A DNA stretch of 64,000 nt from Aigarchaeota archaeon (GTDB lineage Archaea > Thermoproteota > Nitrososphaeria_A > Caldarchaeales > Wolframiiraptoraceae), in NCBI GenBank assembly GCA_025058515.1, contig JANXDW010000028.1, positions 3,540 through 67,539 of the forward strand, read 5' to 3'. A program made the position numbers and the translations under genes. This document shows, piece by piece, positions 47,872-55,641 of the stretch. Positions within the stretch are counted from its first letter, which is position 1. Each line of letters starts with the position of its first letter. The notes beneath the pieces are model-generated. The model had not been told where the DNA came from and did not search any database. It saw nothing but the letters and a program-made list of their open reading frames with translations.

Positions 47872-49670
47872 GAGATGTCTACTCCCAGCTTCTTCAAGGT
47901 CTCCTCTTTAGGTATTCCAGTAGACTCATCCCATCCTCTTAACTTGTAGTACTCACTTAATGATTCTTCAAATTCTCTTCTCGGAACTACTTTTCCATCT
48001 GTCTTCCCGCCTCTTAATGGTTGCTCAAACATCTTAGGAGGCAGTGTATCATCTATTCTCTTGAAACCCTCCCTCATATTGAATATCTTGGTAAGATTCC
48101 AGATCCTTTCGCCTATAATCTTAAGCTCTTCTACACTGTATTCTCTGCCTAGAGCGGGCTTCAAGAGTTTGGCCATATCTTCATAACTAGAAAGCCAGAA
48201 ATCGCATATTATGAGAGACCACTTAATGCTATTCAGATCTTGGAGATCTTTAACTAGTTTTGCTTTTCCTGTAAAACTGTAGGGGTCCATCTCTCCGAAT
48301 GCATCGCTTGCGACTGCCCATGCTCTCAGATGACATCCACCTCTATCTGCAGTTGCATATGCAAGGGCCATACCGTACGTACCTCTAGGATCATAAGCTG
48401 GTAGTTCTAATCCTTTAACATCTAATCTCTCCTTCTCAGCCTTCTCCCCAATTTTTTGAACAGCTCTTCTAACACCTTCAGCCATTTTATCTCCAATACC
48501 TCTTCTATACGCTATCATCTTGCTCATCTCAATTATGAAGTCTAAGCTATTCCACGAAGGCTTTAAACCATTTAGATCTTTTTCAGATAATATCTTCTCC
48601 TCATAAAGTCTAACCGTGAAACCAATAATACTTCCAAGAGAGATCGTATCCATCCCTAGGTCCGTTGCAACTATAGCAGCTTCAGCAACATCCTTAAGAT
48701 TTCTCACTCCTAGATTAGATCCCATCATACTAAGAGTCTCATACTCAGGAGATTTTATCAATCTATTATTAAATTTGAGTATTCTTTTACATGCTAAAGG
48801 ACAGAATGGGCATGCATATTTTTTAGCTGTAGCTTCTTTAACTCTCTCTGTATTGATTTTATCATGATATTCGAATGAGCCTGATCTAAAACCATATGAA
48901 GGAAGGACTCCAGCATTATGTGATAGATCGACTATTATTGGTGTTCCATCTGTCTGAGCCCAGAGATTCTCAGCTGTCTTTACTCTCTTCCTTGTCAATT
49001 CTACTACTGTATTCTTGAAACCTTCTGGATCATACAGTTTAACCTCTCCCTTATAGTTCTTGATAGCTAATGCTTTCAGGTTTTTCGATCCGAAAACTGC
49101 TCCAACACCACCTCTACCATTAACCCACAATCCACTATCAACGACACAAGCAAATCTTACTAGATTCTCTCCAGCTGGACCAATAGTTAAAACACTGGAA
49201 TTTTCATCTCTCAACTCTTCTTTTATAATTCTAGATGATTCTAGAGTGCCTAGACCCCAGAGATGAGAAGCATCTCTTATAACTGCACCATTCTCTGTGA
49301 TCTCGATGTATGAAGGTTTACTCGCTCTACCTTCGACTATGAGTAGATCGTATCCAGCGTACTTCATCTTAACTGCGAAGAATGATCCACTGTAGCTATC
49401 GCAGACAGTGTTTGTTAGAGGAGACTTCGTAACTATTGGAAATCTACCTGAAAGAGGTGCGATAGTCCCAGTAAGAGGACCTGTCGGTATTATTATCTTA
49501 TTATCTGGAGATAATGGGTCTATCCTCGGCGGAACCTCTTCTAATAAGTATCTTAATCCAAGACCTCTACCACCAATATACCTCTCAATAAACTCTCTTC
49601 TAATCTCTTCTACCCTAAAACTACTAGTGCTAAGATTGATCCTTAAGACTCTTCCCGTGTAACAGTACAT
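47868..49670 (-). CDS. aor: Aldehyde:ferredoxin oxidoreductase family (tungstopterin enzyme)
   Basis: N-terminus MYCYTGRVLRINL, cluster motif CPFCPLAC (CxxCxxxC), pterin-region DLGMDTISLG, about 600 aa. Confidence 0.9.
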   Translation of the reverse strand: MYCYTGRVLRINLSTSSFRVEEIRREFIERYIGGRGLGLRYLLEEVPPRIDPLSPDNKIIIPTGPLTGTIAPLSGRFPIVTKSPLTNTVCDSYSGSFFAVKMKYAGYDLLIVEGRASKPSYIEITENGAVIRDASHLWGLGTLESSRIIKEELRDENSSVLTIGPAGENLVRFACVVDSGLWVNGRGGVGAVFGSKNLKALAIKNYKGEVKLYDPEGFKNTVVELTRKRVKTAENLWAQTDGTPIIVDLSHNAGVLPSYGFRSGSFEYHDKINTERVKEATAKKYACPFCPLACKRILKFNNRLIKSPEYETLSMMGSNLGVRNLKDVAEAAIVATDLGMDTISLGSIIGFTVRLYEEKILSEKDLNGLKPSWNSLDFIIEMSKMIAYRRGIGDKMAEGVRRAVQKIGEKAEKERLDVKGLELPAYDPRGTYGMALAYATADRGGCHLRAWAVASDAFGEMDPYSFTGKAKLVKDLQDLNSIKWSLIICDFWLSSYEDMAKLLKPALGREYSVEELKIIGERIWNLTKIFNMREGFKRIDDTLPPKMFEQPLRGGKTDGKVVPRREFEESLSEYYKLRGWDESTGIPKEETLKKLGVDIS

Positions 49671-49693
49671 TCCAATCAAGATTTATTTTATAA

Positions 49694-50764
49694 TTATTTG
49701 TTTATAATGCTTTCTACGAGACTCGTATATATCTTCAAGGCTTCTTCTCTAGATTCTACTCCTTCTACTATAGCCACTCCTGTGATAAGAAGACTGAACT
49801 TGATCTTCCTATCTATCTGCAATGTTACACCAAGCTTACTGTTCGTGGTCAATTTATATCTCGGATCATTTAATTTGGATACGACTTCATGTAAGTTGAA
49901 TGACTTGATCTGACCGGGGTTGATCATGAATGTTGCTAAACCTTCTCTAGCACATACCTCTTCAACAATAGGATACTTTATTTCTTCTCTCTCAGCCTCC
50001 AACTCTCTACAGACTGGACAGTATCTAGATCTATTCACATCGATCATGCTTGAAGATAGATCTACTAGATCGTATAGTAGTAGCTTGCCGAGGAGGATTG
50101 GATTCTTCTTGGTCAAGATATTGATAGCTTCATAGACTTCTATACCTGAGATTATCTGTAGTATTGATGGGTGGACTCCAACGATAGAGCATGTAGGTAG
50201 ACCTTCATCTGATACATTAGGAAATATGCATTCTAGACATGGTCCTTTTCCTGGAATTATGGTGGTAATAGATCCATATGTCTCGATTGCGGAAGCGTAT
50301 ATGTAAGGGATTGATAATTTATAACAAGCTCTATTTACCGCTCTTCTAGCTTTAAAATTATCCAATCCATCTACTACTACGTCAACATCTCTAACAGCTT
50401 CCATCACTGTAGAATCATCTATAAACAGTGGTAGAGGATCGATCTCTACATATGGATTCAGTTCTCTCAGTCTCTTTGCAGCTATCTCAACTTTTGGATA
50501 TCCTACATCATTAGATGTATAAAGATGCTGTCTATGGAGATTCGACCTCTCTACGAGGTCTCTATCTATTAATCTGATATATCCTACACCCATGGCCGTT
50601 AAGAGCGTTGCTACAGGGCTTCCCAGACCACCTACTCCAACTACTGCAACCCTGCTCTTCTTCAACTTCTCCTGTCCATGAAGCCCTATAATGTTTAAAA
50701 CTATCTGCCTAGAATATGTTTCAAATTCTTCATCTGTTAATTCTTCAGCCACTTTAACATCCAC
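49694..50764 (-). CDS. ThiF/MoeB/UbaA-type E1-like adenylyltransferase with a non-rhodanese C-terminal domain
   Basis: YSRQIVL...VAVVGVGGLGSPVATLL nucleotide-binding motif; CLEC and CPVC zinc pairs; about 100 extra C-terminal residues. GTG start overlaps the upstream gene by 11 nt. Confidence 0.85.
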   Translation of the reverse strand: MDVKVAEELTDEEFETYSRQIVLNIIGLHGQEKLKKSRVAVVGVGGLGSPVATLLTAMGVGYIRLIDRDLVERSNLHRQHLYTSNDVGYPKVEIAAKRLRELNPYVEIDPLPLFIDDSTVMEAVRDVDVVVDGLDNFKARRAVNRACYKLSIPYIYASAIETYGSITTIIPGKGPCLECIFPNVSDEGLPTCSIVGVHPSILQIISGIEVYEAINILTKKNPILLGKLLLYDLVDLSSSMIDVNRSRYCPVCRELEAEREEIKYPIVEEVCAREGLATFMINPGQIKSFNLHEVVSKLNDPRYKLTTNSKLGVTLQIDRKIKFSLLITGVAIVEGVESREEALKIYTSLVESIINK

Positions 50765-51038
50765 CTCCTAGAGCAGGTATCACGGAGACCTCGTCACCAT
50801 CTTTAAGCTCTGTCTCTATTCCCTTGAGAAAGTATGCGTTTACACCATTTACATAAAAATTGAAAGATCTATTGAGCTCTCCATCAGGTGAGATTAGTCG
50901 GTCTCTTATCTCAGGCTTCAAATCGCAGATGTAATCTATGATATCTTTTAGAATTGAAGCGTTGATCTCTCGAACTCTATCTCCACCTCCAGCGAGTATA
51001 GATGGAAGAACGAGACGTACCTTAGGCAATCTTCTCAA
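50754..51038 (-). CDS. MoaD/ThiS-like beta-grasp sulfur carrier protein with C-terminus GGGC
   Basis: LKDGDEVSVIPALGGGC* matches the MoaD C-terminal pattern (DGDEV..PP.SGG), but one Cys follows the glycines. Confidence 0.75.
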   Translation of the reverse strand: MRRLPKVRLVLPSILAGGGDRVREINASILKDIIDYICDLKPEIRDRLISPDGELNRSFNFYVNGVNAYFLKGIETELKDGDEVSVIPALGGGC

Positions 51039-52203
51039 CTCCTATGATCTTCTTCAACTCATCTATCGATGGTTTAATTATTAGAGGTTCAAGAGCATGT
51101 TCATGTACGATGTGAGGAGTTTTCAAACCACTTCCTGTCAGTAGGCAGACAACTTCTTCATCTCTATCTATCAATCCTTCTTCTACAATCTTTTTTAGAC
51201 CAGCGATAGTTACAGCTCCACCCGGCTCAATGAATAATCCTTCTAGACGAGCTAGATCATTAACCGCTTCAATAATCTCTCTATCAGTGACAGAGACAGC
51301 AGTACCTCTTGTTCTACGTATAGTTCTCAGAGCATATACCCCATCTCCAGGATTTCCTATAGCTAAACTAACCGCTATAGTATTTATATTGCGTATAGGC
51401 TTAATGTAATCTCTATTCTCTCTGTATGCTGTGATTATCGGTGAGCAGCCTTCAGGTTGAACACCCGATATCTTAACATCTCCATCTATTAATCCAATAG
51501 TTTTCAATTCATTCAAGCCTTTATCTATAGCATTTAAGAGAGCGCCACTAGCCATAGGTATGATTATGTGGTCTGGAGTTCTCCAACCAAGCTGTTCACA
51601 TATCTCATATGCTAATGTCTTAGAACCTTCAACATAGTATGGTCTAATGTTAACGTTAACTATACCTATACTCTCTTCTTCAGCAAATCTTGAAGCAATC
51701 CAGTTGGCTTCATCGTAAGTTCCCTCAACCAATACTATTCTAGCTCCATAAGATAATGCATGAGATAGCTTCTCTTTCTCTACTCCAACTGGAGCAAAGA
51801 TATAACATGGTAGACCAGCTCTAGCTGCATGTGCAGCAGTAGCGGCCGCTAGGTTTCCAGTAGATGCGCATCCAACTGCATTTAACTTAAACTCTAATGC
51901 TTTTGAGATTGCGACACTTGCAGCTCTATCCTTGAAGGAATGTGTAGGATTAGTGATGTCTTCTTTCAAATAGAGGTTCTTCAAATTGAACTTTTTTGAG
52001 AGTCTAATCGACTTGATCAGTCTTGTAAATCCAGCGCCTAGAGATACTATGTTCCTGGGGTCCTGAAGAGGTAGCAACTCAATATATCTCCAAAGGTCTC
52101 TTCCTCTACTAGCGATCTTCTCAGGGTTTAAGTCTATATTATCTAGGTCTCTGTAGACTACATCGAGAGCACCGAAACAATTAGGACAGATGTACTGGAT
52201 CAT
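51022..52203 (-). CDS. Threonine synthase-like PLP enzyme (conserved N-terminus continues upstream of the first in-frame ATG)
   Basis: PLP-lysine motif HSFKDRAASV and the second half of a zinc ribbon (CPNC). Upstream in frame, 52204-52245 encodes IYLKCRDCGKEYPP, the first CxxC. Confidence 0.8.
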   Translation of the reverse strand: MIQYICPNCFGALDVVYRDLDNIDLNPEKIASRGRDLWRYIELLPLQDPRNIVSLGAGFTRLIKSIRLSKKFNLKNLYLKEDITNPTHSFKDRAASVAISKALEFKLNAVGCASTGNLAAATAAHAARAGLPCYIFAPVGVEKEKLSHALSYGARIVLVEGTYDEANWIASRFAEEESIGIVNVNIRPYYVEGSKTLAYEICEQLGWRTPDHIIIPMASGALLNAIDKGLNELKTIGLIDGDVKISGVQPEGCSPIITAYRENRDYIKPIRNINTIAVSLAIGNPGDGVYALRTIRRTRGTAVSVTDREIIEAVNDLARLEGLFIEPGGAVTIAGLKKIVEEGLIDRDEEVVCLLTGSGLKTPHIVHEHALEPLIIKPSIDELKKIIGVEKIA

Positions 52204-52355
52204 GGGAGGATACTCTTTTCCACAATCTCTACACTTTAAATAAATCTCTCGTGAGAGCTCCCATAAACCCCCCTTACTTGTTTTCTATGAAAATCTCCTC
52301 TCTAATAAGTTTTCCGCTATAATCAACTTACTCCATCTATGCATTACTTTAAATA

Positions 52356-53504
52356 TTATGCGTAAGAGTGCAAGGCTTTTAACTTCTTCAATAGGTCTTC
52401 AACATCATCGAATTTGTATATTCTTCCTTCTTCTCTTACACCATAAATTTTCTTAACAATTTCAATTCTCTCTTCTATATCTGGAAGTCTTCTAAGCCAG
52501 TCAGTATATCGTAGATATACCTCTTGGAGATAAGGATATCTAGAGATTATATGGTCTCGAATCTCTTTCAAGAATCTAAGTACGTAGTCTCTATAAGAGA
52601 ATATGCTATCAGCTGAGATGATTAGTACTCTCCCTTCTTTTATAGTCTCAGCTAATTTTAATGCTTGTATAAACACCATACCTGTAGATGGACCTGAGTA
52701 AACTCCCTTCTCCCAAAGCATCATCAACCCCGCGTATGCATCTATATCATCTACAGTTACTATCTTCTTACTTATCAGGGGGGAATATATTTCCGGACTC
52801 CACTCACATCCACCAACTATGTAGTGAACACCAGGTATGTTGTGGTATCTTGTAGGCTGAACTCCAATAAGATCTATCTTTTTCTTTTCTAGACTTGATG
52901 CAAGAGATATTCCCATAAATGTTCCAGTGCTTCCAAGTGGTATACATGCATAATCTATTTCTCCAATCTCCTTGATCTCATTCCAAGTCGTGTATATGTG
53001 AGACATAACATTCTGCCAACTAATATACTGGTCAACATTAACAAGTAGATACCTATAGTTCTCAGCTAAAGATCTCGTGTAAAATACGGTCGTCTCTCTA
53101 GGACATAGATCATATTCTTCTGTTATATTGATTATATTTACTCCTAACGCTGTCAGTATCCTTAGATTTTCATAAGGAATTCTAGGAGGAGTTACGCCTA
53201 AGATCTTGAATCCACGCCTTAAAGCTATTAAAGCCAACTCTCTTAGAAAGTTCCCAGAAGATGCAGTAACTATTACTCTATCTTGCTTTAGGAACCCTTT
53301 ATAAGAGAGGTCTTCAAAAAGCACCGTAGCAGGTTTCCTCTTAATAGTTCTCAACGGATCATTCATAAAATCTTCAGGATACTCTAACTTTACAATAATA
53401 GAGACTCCGTTATCCACTTCAATGATTCTATTTTTACATGGCTTTAACCAATCTCCACTAAATTCTTCTAATAATTTATTAATTGGGAGGTCAGGATGCA
53501 TCAT
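52356..53504 (-). CDS. Fold-type II PLP enzyme, O-phosphoserine sulfhydrylase / CysM-like
   Basis: DPLRTIKRKPA (PLP Lys region, compare SxKDRPA) and TASSGNF. Overall similarity by eye to Aeropyrum-type OPSS (VDQY..., PLGSTGT, GVQP...IPG). Has an approx. 80-aa C-terminal extension. Confidence 0.7.
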   Translation of the reverse strand: MMHPDLPINKLLEEFSGDWLKPCKNRIIEVDNGVSIIVKLEYPEDFMNDPLRTIKRKPATVLFEDLSYKGFLKQDRVIVTASSGNFLRELALIALRRGFKILGVTPPRIPYENLRILTALGVNIINITEEYDLCPRETTVFYTRSLAENYRYLLVNVDQYISWQNVMSHIYTTWNEIKEIGEIDYACIPLGSTGTFMGISLASSLEKKKIDLIGVQPTRYHNIPGVHYIVGGCEWSPEIYSPLISKKIVTVDDIDAYAGLMMLWEKGVYSGPSTGMVFIQALKLAETIKEGRVLIISADSIFSYRDYVLRFLKEIRDHIISRYPYLQEVYLRYTDWLRRLPDIEERIEIVKKIYGVREEGRIYKFDDVEDLLKKLKALHSYA

Positions 53505-53576
53505 TTAACATTAGTATAGAATTATAAACTTTTATTAGCATTAGGCTTTTTTACTATGATAAGTAAATTCGGAAGA

Positions 53577-53585
53577 TTTATATAA
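53577..53585 (+). promoter_or_regulatory. TATA-box-like element for the sulfite reductase gene
   Basis: TTTATATAA is centred 26 nt upstream of the GTG at 53607, the spacing expected for an archaeal leaderless transcript. Confidence 0.35.
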
Positions 53586-53610
53586 CGGTGTTATACTTAC
53601 AAAGCGGTGA

Positions 53611-55095
53611 AAAAAGCTCCAGCTAGAAGAAATAGAAACCCTCAATAAATTTGTAGGTAAATATGCTTTAGGCTTTGAACAGGGAAATAGCTCTACCCAC
53701 TTCTTAAGAATAAAGATAGTAGCAGGAATACTAAAGGTAGATCAAGCTAGAATTATAGCAGAGTTATCTAAAAGATATGGAAGAGGATATCTTGAAATAA
53801 CTACGAGACATGATATACAGCTTCACTGGATTAAAGATGAAGACGCTTTAGACATCTTCTCAAAGCTTGAAGAAGCAGGTCTATATACAGATATGTGTGG
53901 ACAATATTATCCTAAAGCAGGATACGGTGATGTTAGAAATATCGTTACATGTCCTTTAACAGGTATCCACCCTCACGAGCTAATTGAAACAAGCTCAATA
54001 ACTAGAAAAGCTGTAGAGATGTTCACTGGCAAGAAAGAATATCTAAATCTTCCAAGAAAATTTAAGATAGGTATATCTTCATGTAAAATAAACTGCATAA
54101 AACCCGAGCTAAATGATTTAGCACTAGTAGCTATCAAATCAGAGTATGGGATAGGGTTTATACCACTTGTTGGAGGGGGCTTAGGTCCTCCACCATTTCT
54201 TGCTCAACCATTAAACATCTTTGTACCATTATCTGAAGCATTAGAATTCATAAGAACGGTAGTCGAGGTCTATAGAGATCATGGGCCTAGAGATAGAAAA
54301 AGCAATGCGAGGTTTAAATGGTTGATCAAGGAGAAGGGCTTGAGTAGAGTGAGAGAGTTAATTGAAGAAAAGATGGGTAAGAGCTTTCAATATCTTGACT
54401 GCAGTAAGTTAAATCTAGAGTGGAGAGAGCATGATATCGTATCGCATGAGAAGGAGAATGGATTATACTCTTTAGTTGTACCAACTTTCACAGGTCTCTT
54501 AAACGTTCATCAATTCAAGAAGATAATTGAGATAGCTGAAAGATATGGTGATGAGATTAGAGTTTCTCCAGCCCAGAAGCTAGTACTAATACATGTTCCT
54601 GAGGAAGAGTTGAGTAGAGTTAAGGAAGAGTTGAAGATGATTGGTCTGGATCTAGGACAACCGTTGATAAAAATTAGGACCAAAGCTTGTCCAAGCGATT
54701 TCTGTGGTAAGAGTCTTGAAAGTAGTAAGAAGAGGGCAAGCATGTTGTTAGATTATTTAGTTGATAAATTTGGTAAAGATCTTGAGAAGCTTGACATCGG
54801 TATTTCTATTAGTGGATGCCCAAATTCATGTGCACAACATCTCATCTCTGATATAGGTTTACAATCAACTCTCATTAAAAAAGATGGAATCTCAACACCA
54901 TGTTTCAACCTCTACATAATGGGTAAGGGCTCGAAGCTCTCCAAATTATTTATCAAGAATATTCCAGAAGATCGTGTAAATCTTGTAATTGAAGATATTT
55001 TAAAGAAGTTCATTAATAGTGGTTTAAGAGATTTTCACCAATTTGCAGATAAGCTTCTAGAAGGTGACTTAGATTATGAATATAGAGGTATGTGA
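53611..55095 (+). CDS. Sulfite/nitrite reductase (siroheme-[4Fe-4S] family, two-module), start codon out of frame
   Basis: The open frame from 53611 encodes a conserved ferredoxin-like half-domain (RGYLEITTRHDIQLHWI). Cluster/siroheme Cys motifs ACPSDFCGKS and SGCPNSCAQH are present. The first in-frame start is the ATG at 53893 (track ORF). Confidence 0.8.
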   Translation, partial: KKLQLEEIETLNKFVGKYALGFEQGNSSTHFLRIKIVAGILKVDQARIIAELSKRYGRGYLEITTRHDIQLHWIKDEDALDIFSKLEEAGLYTDMCGQYYPKAGYGDVRNIVTCPLTGIHPHELIETSSITRKAVEMFTGKKEYLNLPRKFKIGISSCKINCIKPELNDLALVAIKSEYGIGFIPLVGGGLGPPPFLAQPLNIFVPLSEALEFIRTVVEVYRDHGPRDRKSNARFKWLIKEKGLSRVRELIEEKMGKSFQYLDCSKLNLEWREHDIVSHEKENGLYSLVVPTFTGLLNVHQFKKIIEIAERYGDEIRVSPAQKLVLIHVPEEELSRVKEELKMIGLDLGQPLIKIRTKACPSDFCGKSLESSKKRASMLLDYLVDKFGKDLEKLDIGISISGCPNSCAQHLISDIGLQSTLIKKDGISTPCFNLYIMGKGSKLSKLFIKNIPEDRVNLVIEDILKKFINSGLRDFHQFADKLLEGDLDYEYRGM

Positions 55096-55369
55096 GGTTG
55101 AACCTGGTAGGTACGTATTAAAGGTTTTAGGCTTGCCTTGTCCATATCCTACCATGTACACTATTAAAACATTGGAGAAGATTAAAGAAGATGAAGTACT
55201 GGAGGTAATATTCGATAACCAGCCATCTTCTAAAACTATTCAAGATGCAGTTGTAGCGAGAGGTTATAAGGTGTTAAGTGTAGAACGTTTAGAAGAAGCT
55301 CTATGGAAGATAGTAGTAAAGAAGACTCATACTAAAGATGATCAACATAAAACTATAAACATTTTATAA
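55076..55369 (+). CDS. tusA: TusA/SirA-family sulfurtransferase
   Basis: VLKVLGLPCPYPTMYTIKTLEKIKEDEVLEVIFDN carries the CPxP motif and family layout. Overlaps the reductase stop by 20 nt. Confidence 0.8.
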   Translation: MNIEVCEVEPGRYVLKVLGLPCPYPTMYTIKTLEKIKEDEVLEVIFDNQPSSKTIQDAVVARGYKVLSVERLEEALWKIVVKKTHTKDDQHKTINIL

Positions 55370-55384
55370 GATCGGAGAAGATGA

Positions 55385-55528
55385 CTACTTTACATATTTC
55401 TCTGGATTATTCTTAAATATATTCATGCAAGCCTCTGAGCAGAAGTAGTATCTCCTAGATTTGTATTCGAAAACATATTTCGTTTTCTTTTCATCTACCA
55501 TCATTCCGCAAACTAGATCTCTAGCCAT
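55385..55528 (-). CDS. YHS/TRASH-type small metal-binding protein (47 aa, below the ORF-track cutoff)
   Basis: Hand translation: MARDLVCGMMVDEKKTKYVFEYKSRRYYFCSEACMNIFKNNPEKYVK. It follows the YHS pattern CGM.V......Y.G..YYFCS..C...F..NPEKY. Confidence 0.6.
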   Translation of the reverse strand: MARDLVCGMMVDEKKTKYVFEYKSRRYYFCSEACMNIFKNNPEKYVK

Positions 55529-55583
55529 ATAGATTCCACGCATAAATACGTTGAGTGAGTTCTTAAGGTTTTCTAATGAGTTT

Positions 55584-55597
55584 TCTAATGATTAAGA
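55584..55597. repeat. 14-nt motif TCTAATGATTAAGA, copy 1 (upstream of RHH gene)
   Basis: Exact copy of 56182-56195. Contains the palindromic core TAATGATTA and is preceded by a partial copy, TTCTAATGA, at 55571-55579. Confidence 0.5.
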
Positions 55598-55641
55598 AGG
55601 ACATATTTATAATTCAGCTTGATGTATGGTTCGTAGTATTG

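Noticed and set aside
23072-55095. Linking the GRE, AOR and sulfite reductase into an isethionate-type sulfonate pathway (GRE yields sulfite plus aldehyde)
   Set aside because: Attractive chemically, but the genes lie 22-28 kb apart with many unrelated housekeeping genes between them. Nothing in the sequence ties them together.
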